Shown here: piece after piece, positions 57,839 to 60,548 of the stretch
How the letters are laid out: every line of letters begins with the position of its first letter
How positions within the stretch are numbered: position 1 is the stretch's first letter
Notes under the pieces: model-generated
What the model was told of the DNA's origin: nothing
Seen by the model: the letters and a program-made list of their open reading frames with translations, nothing else
Databases searched by the model: none
Program-made: the position numbers and the translations under genes
DNA from: a virus
Taxonomy: Duplodnaviria > Caudoviricetes
DNA: 60,548 nt
Direction: 5' to 3' (one strand)
IMG/VR virus record: IMGVR_UViG_3300017647_000004
Span: 1-60,548 of that record

Positions 57839-58160
57839 AATCGTCGTCGGATTCTGGATCGGCTTCGCGCTGGCGTTACTGCTGCACTGGGCAACGGGAG
57901 TCATGGCTCGCATGATGCGAAGGCGGTTCTGCGGCTGCACGAACGAGGACGCGCTCTCCGATGACACGGCCTGCATGGACTGGCTGTCCGACCAGCACGT
58001 CGTCGTTTACTTCCTGGGCGACAGGCATCTCGAATACCCGCTGGAGCACAACCCAGCAGCCCACAAGGTCTGGCCGGGCGGCTTCAGGCAAATGGTCAAT
58101 GACCAGCGCCGCGCGGAGGGCACGAAGAAGATACCCCACCACAAGGAGCAATCCACATGA
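57819..58160 (+). CDS. Hypothetical membrane protein
   Basis: AGGAG RBS; N-terminal TM. Confidence 0.55.
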   Translation: MLLGIPEIVVGFWIGFALALLLHWATGVMARMMRRRFCGCTNEDALSDDTACMDWLSDQHVVVYFLGDRHLEYPLEHNPAAHKVWPGGFRQMVNDQRRAEGTKKIPHHKEQST

Positions 58161-58618
58161 AGATCGTCTACGTTTTGGGCTTTCTCTGCGATCTGAGTAC
58201 CGGCGAGGTACTGCTGATCGAGAAGAAACGTGGCCCGCAGTACGTCGTCGGCCGATGGAATGGCCTGGGCGGCAAGGTCAACGAAGGCGAAGAACTCCAG
58301 GACGCGATGTCGCGGAAGTTCCTGGAGGAAGCCGGCGTTGTCACGAGCAGCCGCGAATGGGAGCCTCGTGGCCTTTTGCAGGTCTGCCAGGAAAGCGATG
58401 GCAAGCCGATCTGCGACATCCATGTTTTCCGTTGCGTCAGCAGCGAAATCATGAATACGGTCAAGACCACCTTGCGGGAGCGGGGCAACCCCGCCGACGA
58501 GACCATCCGGCCCATCCCGCTGGCCGCTATGCCGTCGAACGTCGTCCCCAACGTGCCCTGGCTGCTGGCCGCCTCGCTGGACCAGACCCTGTGCTCGTTC
58601 CGCGCCAACTATGTCTAG
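58157..58618 (+). CDS. Nudix hydrolase
   Basis: VLLIEK..WNGLGGKVNEGE....AMSRKFLEEAG. Confidence 0.8.
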   Translation: MKIVYVLGFLCDLSTGEVLLIEKKRGPQYVVGRWNGLGGKVNEGEELQDAMSRKFLEEAGVVTSSREWEPRGLLQVCQESDGKPICDIHVFRCVSSEIMNTVKTTLRERGNPADETIRPIPLAAMPSNVVPNVPWLLAASLDQTLCSFRANYV

Positions 58619-58627
58619 GAGAGCGTC

Positions 58628-59083
58628 ATGCAATTCACCACCATCGACATGGTGATCGTTTTTATCATCGCCATGCTGCTGAACTACCTGATGTTCGCAG
58701 CGGTCTATCGTCGGATGCTGCGCGCCACTCTGGCGAAGGTATCGGCCGAGGTCCAGGAGTACACGGAACACGTCCGGGCGCACATGCAGCGCTACCCGGG
58801 CGGGCCGATCAAGGCCGACGATGCGGAGTTCGCAGCCATTGCGCAGGAGTTGTTCAGCGATTCCAACGAGATTACCGGCCCCTTTGTGAAGTTGCTCGAC
58901 AGCTACCCGCAGCCGACACACGACGATACCGAGGTTGTCCGGGTCAACGGCCATGCGATCACGGCGGGCGATCTGCGCCGGTTGGCCGTCTTCCAGGCCA
59001 ACATCACCATGAACATGGCGGTCCGCGCCCACCGCAAGATCATGTTCTCGGTCTATGAGGGCCAGGAGGCCGTCCATGGCTGA
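58628..59083 (+). CDS. Hypothetical membrane-anchored protein
   Basis: AGGAG RBS; N-terminal TM. Confidence 0.6.
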   Translation: MQFTTIDMVIVFIIAMLLNYLMFAAVYRRMLRATLAKVSAEVQEYTEHVRAHMQRYPGGPIKADDAEFAAIAQELFSDSNEITGPFVKLLDSYPQPTHDDTEVVRVNGHAITAGDLRRLAVFQANITMNMAVRAHRKIMFSVYEGQEAVHG

Positions 59084-59402
59084 AGGTAGCCTGATCTCCC
59101 AGGACGATCTCCTGGAGGCCCTGACGGCGGCGGGACTCATTCCTCGTACGGTCATTGGTACGGGCGGCACCAAGCGCAAGGTGCTGCACCAAGTACGCCT
59201 GGAAGACCTGCTGCCGGTCATCAACCAACTTGCGCAGGGCTGCATGCCTGACGAGGATCGGGTCGCCTTTCTGGTCATGGACCACATCAAGACGATGTAT
59301 CCGCAGGTATGGGCGGCCATGCACTCGACCTGCCGACTCAGCGTCAAGAACACGGTCAAGCGAGAGATCGGGAACTCGCTGAACCAGTCGCGCAATATCT
59401 GA
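59076..59402 (+). CDS. Hypothetical protein
   Basis: AGGAGG RBS before ATG 59076. Confidence 0.6.
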   Translation: MAEGSLISQDDLLEALTAAGLIPRTVIGTGGTKRKVLHQVRLEDLLPVINQLAQGCMPDEDRVAFLVMDHIKTMYPQVWAAMHSTCRLSVKNTVKREIGNSLNQSRNI

Positions 59403-59413
59403 AATCAATTGCA
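59400..59413 (+). repeat. 14-bp dispersed motif copy (TGA is stop of 59076..59402)
   Basis: TGAAATCAATTGCA. Confidence 0.9.
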
Positions 59414-59428
59414 ATTTGGGAACGGGCA

Positions 59429-60001
59429 ATGAAGGTTGATCTGAGAGCGTTCGCGCGCTTCGCCAAATGGTGGGAGATGGTCCAAAGCTGGGGGGACGAG
59501 GGCAAAGGGATCGACGACAACGATCCTGTTCTCGTTTTCACAGGACAGGCGGGCGAGCAGCATACGGTAACGGCCGGCGACATCCGAGACATGCTTGACG
59601 CGGTATCGGAGATACAGGCGCACCAGGGTAGCCCCAGGCGGCCGCTGGCCCTGCTAATGGACCTACAGTGGTCGGCATGCCATTACCTACACACGCAGGT
59701 ATTCAACCTGCTTGCGCGCCTGCGCGCCCGCTATCGGGCGGGTAATCAGGCCACGGACCACTACGACTTTATCGACGTACGCAGCCCGGCGTCGCCTACG
59801 CCCTTCGCCAGCGGTACGTACGTCGTCGAATGCTATGCCGATGAGCAGCAGTTCATGGGCAGCGTCATGCCGGCGAAGACTTGGCAGACCCTAATGAAAA
59901 TCGTCGTCGCACCCAACGGGAAGATCGTCTATTCCAAGGGGCAGGCAGGCGAGACCTGGAAGGATGTCACGCGCTACTCTCCACACATTCTCCCGGGGTA
60001 A
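59429..60001 (+). CDS. Hypothetical protein
   Basis: ATG 59429; packed + strand ORF. Confidence 0.55.
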   Translation: MKVDLRAFARFAKWWEMVQSWGDEGKGIDDNDPVLVFTGQAGEQHTVTAGDIRDMLDAVSEIQAHQGSPRRPLALLMDLQWSACHYLHTQVFNLLARLRARYRAGNQATDHYDFIDVRSPASPTPFASGTYVVECYADEQQFMGSVMPAKTWQTLMKIVVAPNGKIVYSKGQAGETWKDVTRYSPHILPG

Positions 60002-60004
60002 GCC

Positions 60005-60538
60005 ATGCGACAATTCTCATTGACCGACCTGCGTCCCAATGACGCGATGATCTCCGCTTGCGGCAACTACCGCTACATCCTGAGCCGCGAGGCATTACCG
60101 GAGACCGAGATACGGCACGAGCTTCCGCTGGTGTTCGTCATGCTGAACCCGTCCACGGCGGACGCCGAGAAATCGGACCCCACGGTCAATCGCTGCCGAG
60201 GGTTCGCGCGGGACTGGGGCTACAACGGTCTGCTGGTAGTCAACTTGTACGGCTACCGCGCCACCGACCCATGCCATCTGACCCGCGTGGACGATCCTGT
60301 CGGTCCGTCGAATAACGCCATCCTGAAGACGGTATTCAAGACGCATCGCAAGGTCGTCTGCGCCTGGGGAAACAACGCGGATTGGATTCGGGCGTATGAA
60401 GTCCTGGACCTGATGGCCGCAGCCAAGACGGAGACCTACTGCCTGGGCGTCACGGGCCACGGCGCGCCGAAGCACCCGCTCTACCTGAACCGCAAGACCC
60501 AAATGGAGCCGTTCGTCTGCGCGCGAGGTACGGTATGA
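60005..60538 (+). CDS. DUF1643-family protein
   Basis: YRY.L.R, FVMLNPSTAD..SDPT, VNLY, VCAWG, PKHPLY. Confidence 0.85.
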   Translation: MRQFSLTDLRPNDAMISACGNYRYILSREALPETEIRHELPLVFVMLNPSTADAEKSDPTVNRCRGFARDWGYNGLLVVNLYGYRATDPCHLTRVDDPVGPSNNAILKTVFKTHRKVVCAWGNNADWIRAYEVLDLMAAAKTETYCLGVTGHGAPKHPLYLNRKTQMEPFVCARGTV

Positions 60539-60548
60539 GCATGTTCTG

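Noticed and set aside
670-59395. Many long minus-strand ORFs (e.g. 1894..4242, 25138..27039, 33324..35438, 39133..41028)
   Set aside because: Antisense shadows of GC-rich + strand genes with no recognisable motifs; + strand genes already tile the region
1889-59413. Dispersed 14-mer read as a CRISPR array or IS ends
   Set aside because: Copies are kilobases apart in both orientations, with no spacer periodicity, cas operon or transposase
1-60548. tRNA/rRNA genes, integrase, capsid/portal genes
   Set aside because: None recognisable in this window; they may lie outside it

Overview
This window is a ~60.5 kb, GC-rich fragment of a tailed dsDNA (siphovirus-type) bacteriophage genome, and all credible genes lie on the + strand. 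In order, it contains: tail assembly chaperone with a -1 slippery site, tape measure, tail-tip and fibre genes plus a subtilase (1-22.6 kb); a lysis cassette with a GH19 endolysin and apparently two spanin pairs (22.8-25.2 kb); a Ycf46-like AAA ATPase/DUF1257/DUF2997 operon (25.3-29.4 kb); and replication/recombination genes (29.5-46.6 kb: O-like initiator, DnaB, UDG-PolA fusion, intein-split primase, SSB-like, SF2 helicase, RecA, nucleases). These are followed by ParB-domain/methyltransferase genes with a Tad1-like anti-defence protein (46.8-51.6 kb), terminase, and thyA/dcd/phoH/Nudix/DUF1643. Two patterns are not explained by the gene annotation. First, at least 17 copies of an AT-rich 14-bp near-palindrome TG(C/A)AATCAA(T/C)T(G/T)CA are spread along the whole window, inside genes, on stop codons and at promoters. 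Second, an Arg-rich terminal tag (RR[IV][IVAT]RRT-like) is shared by about 14 mostly DNA-handling proteins but not by tail, lysis or nucleotide-metabolism proteins. All family assignments come from motif recognition by eye; no database search was run.
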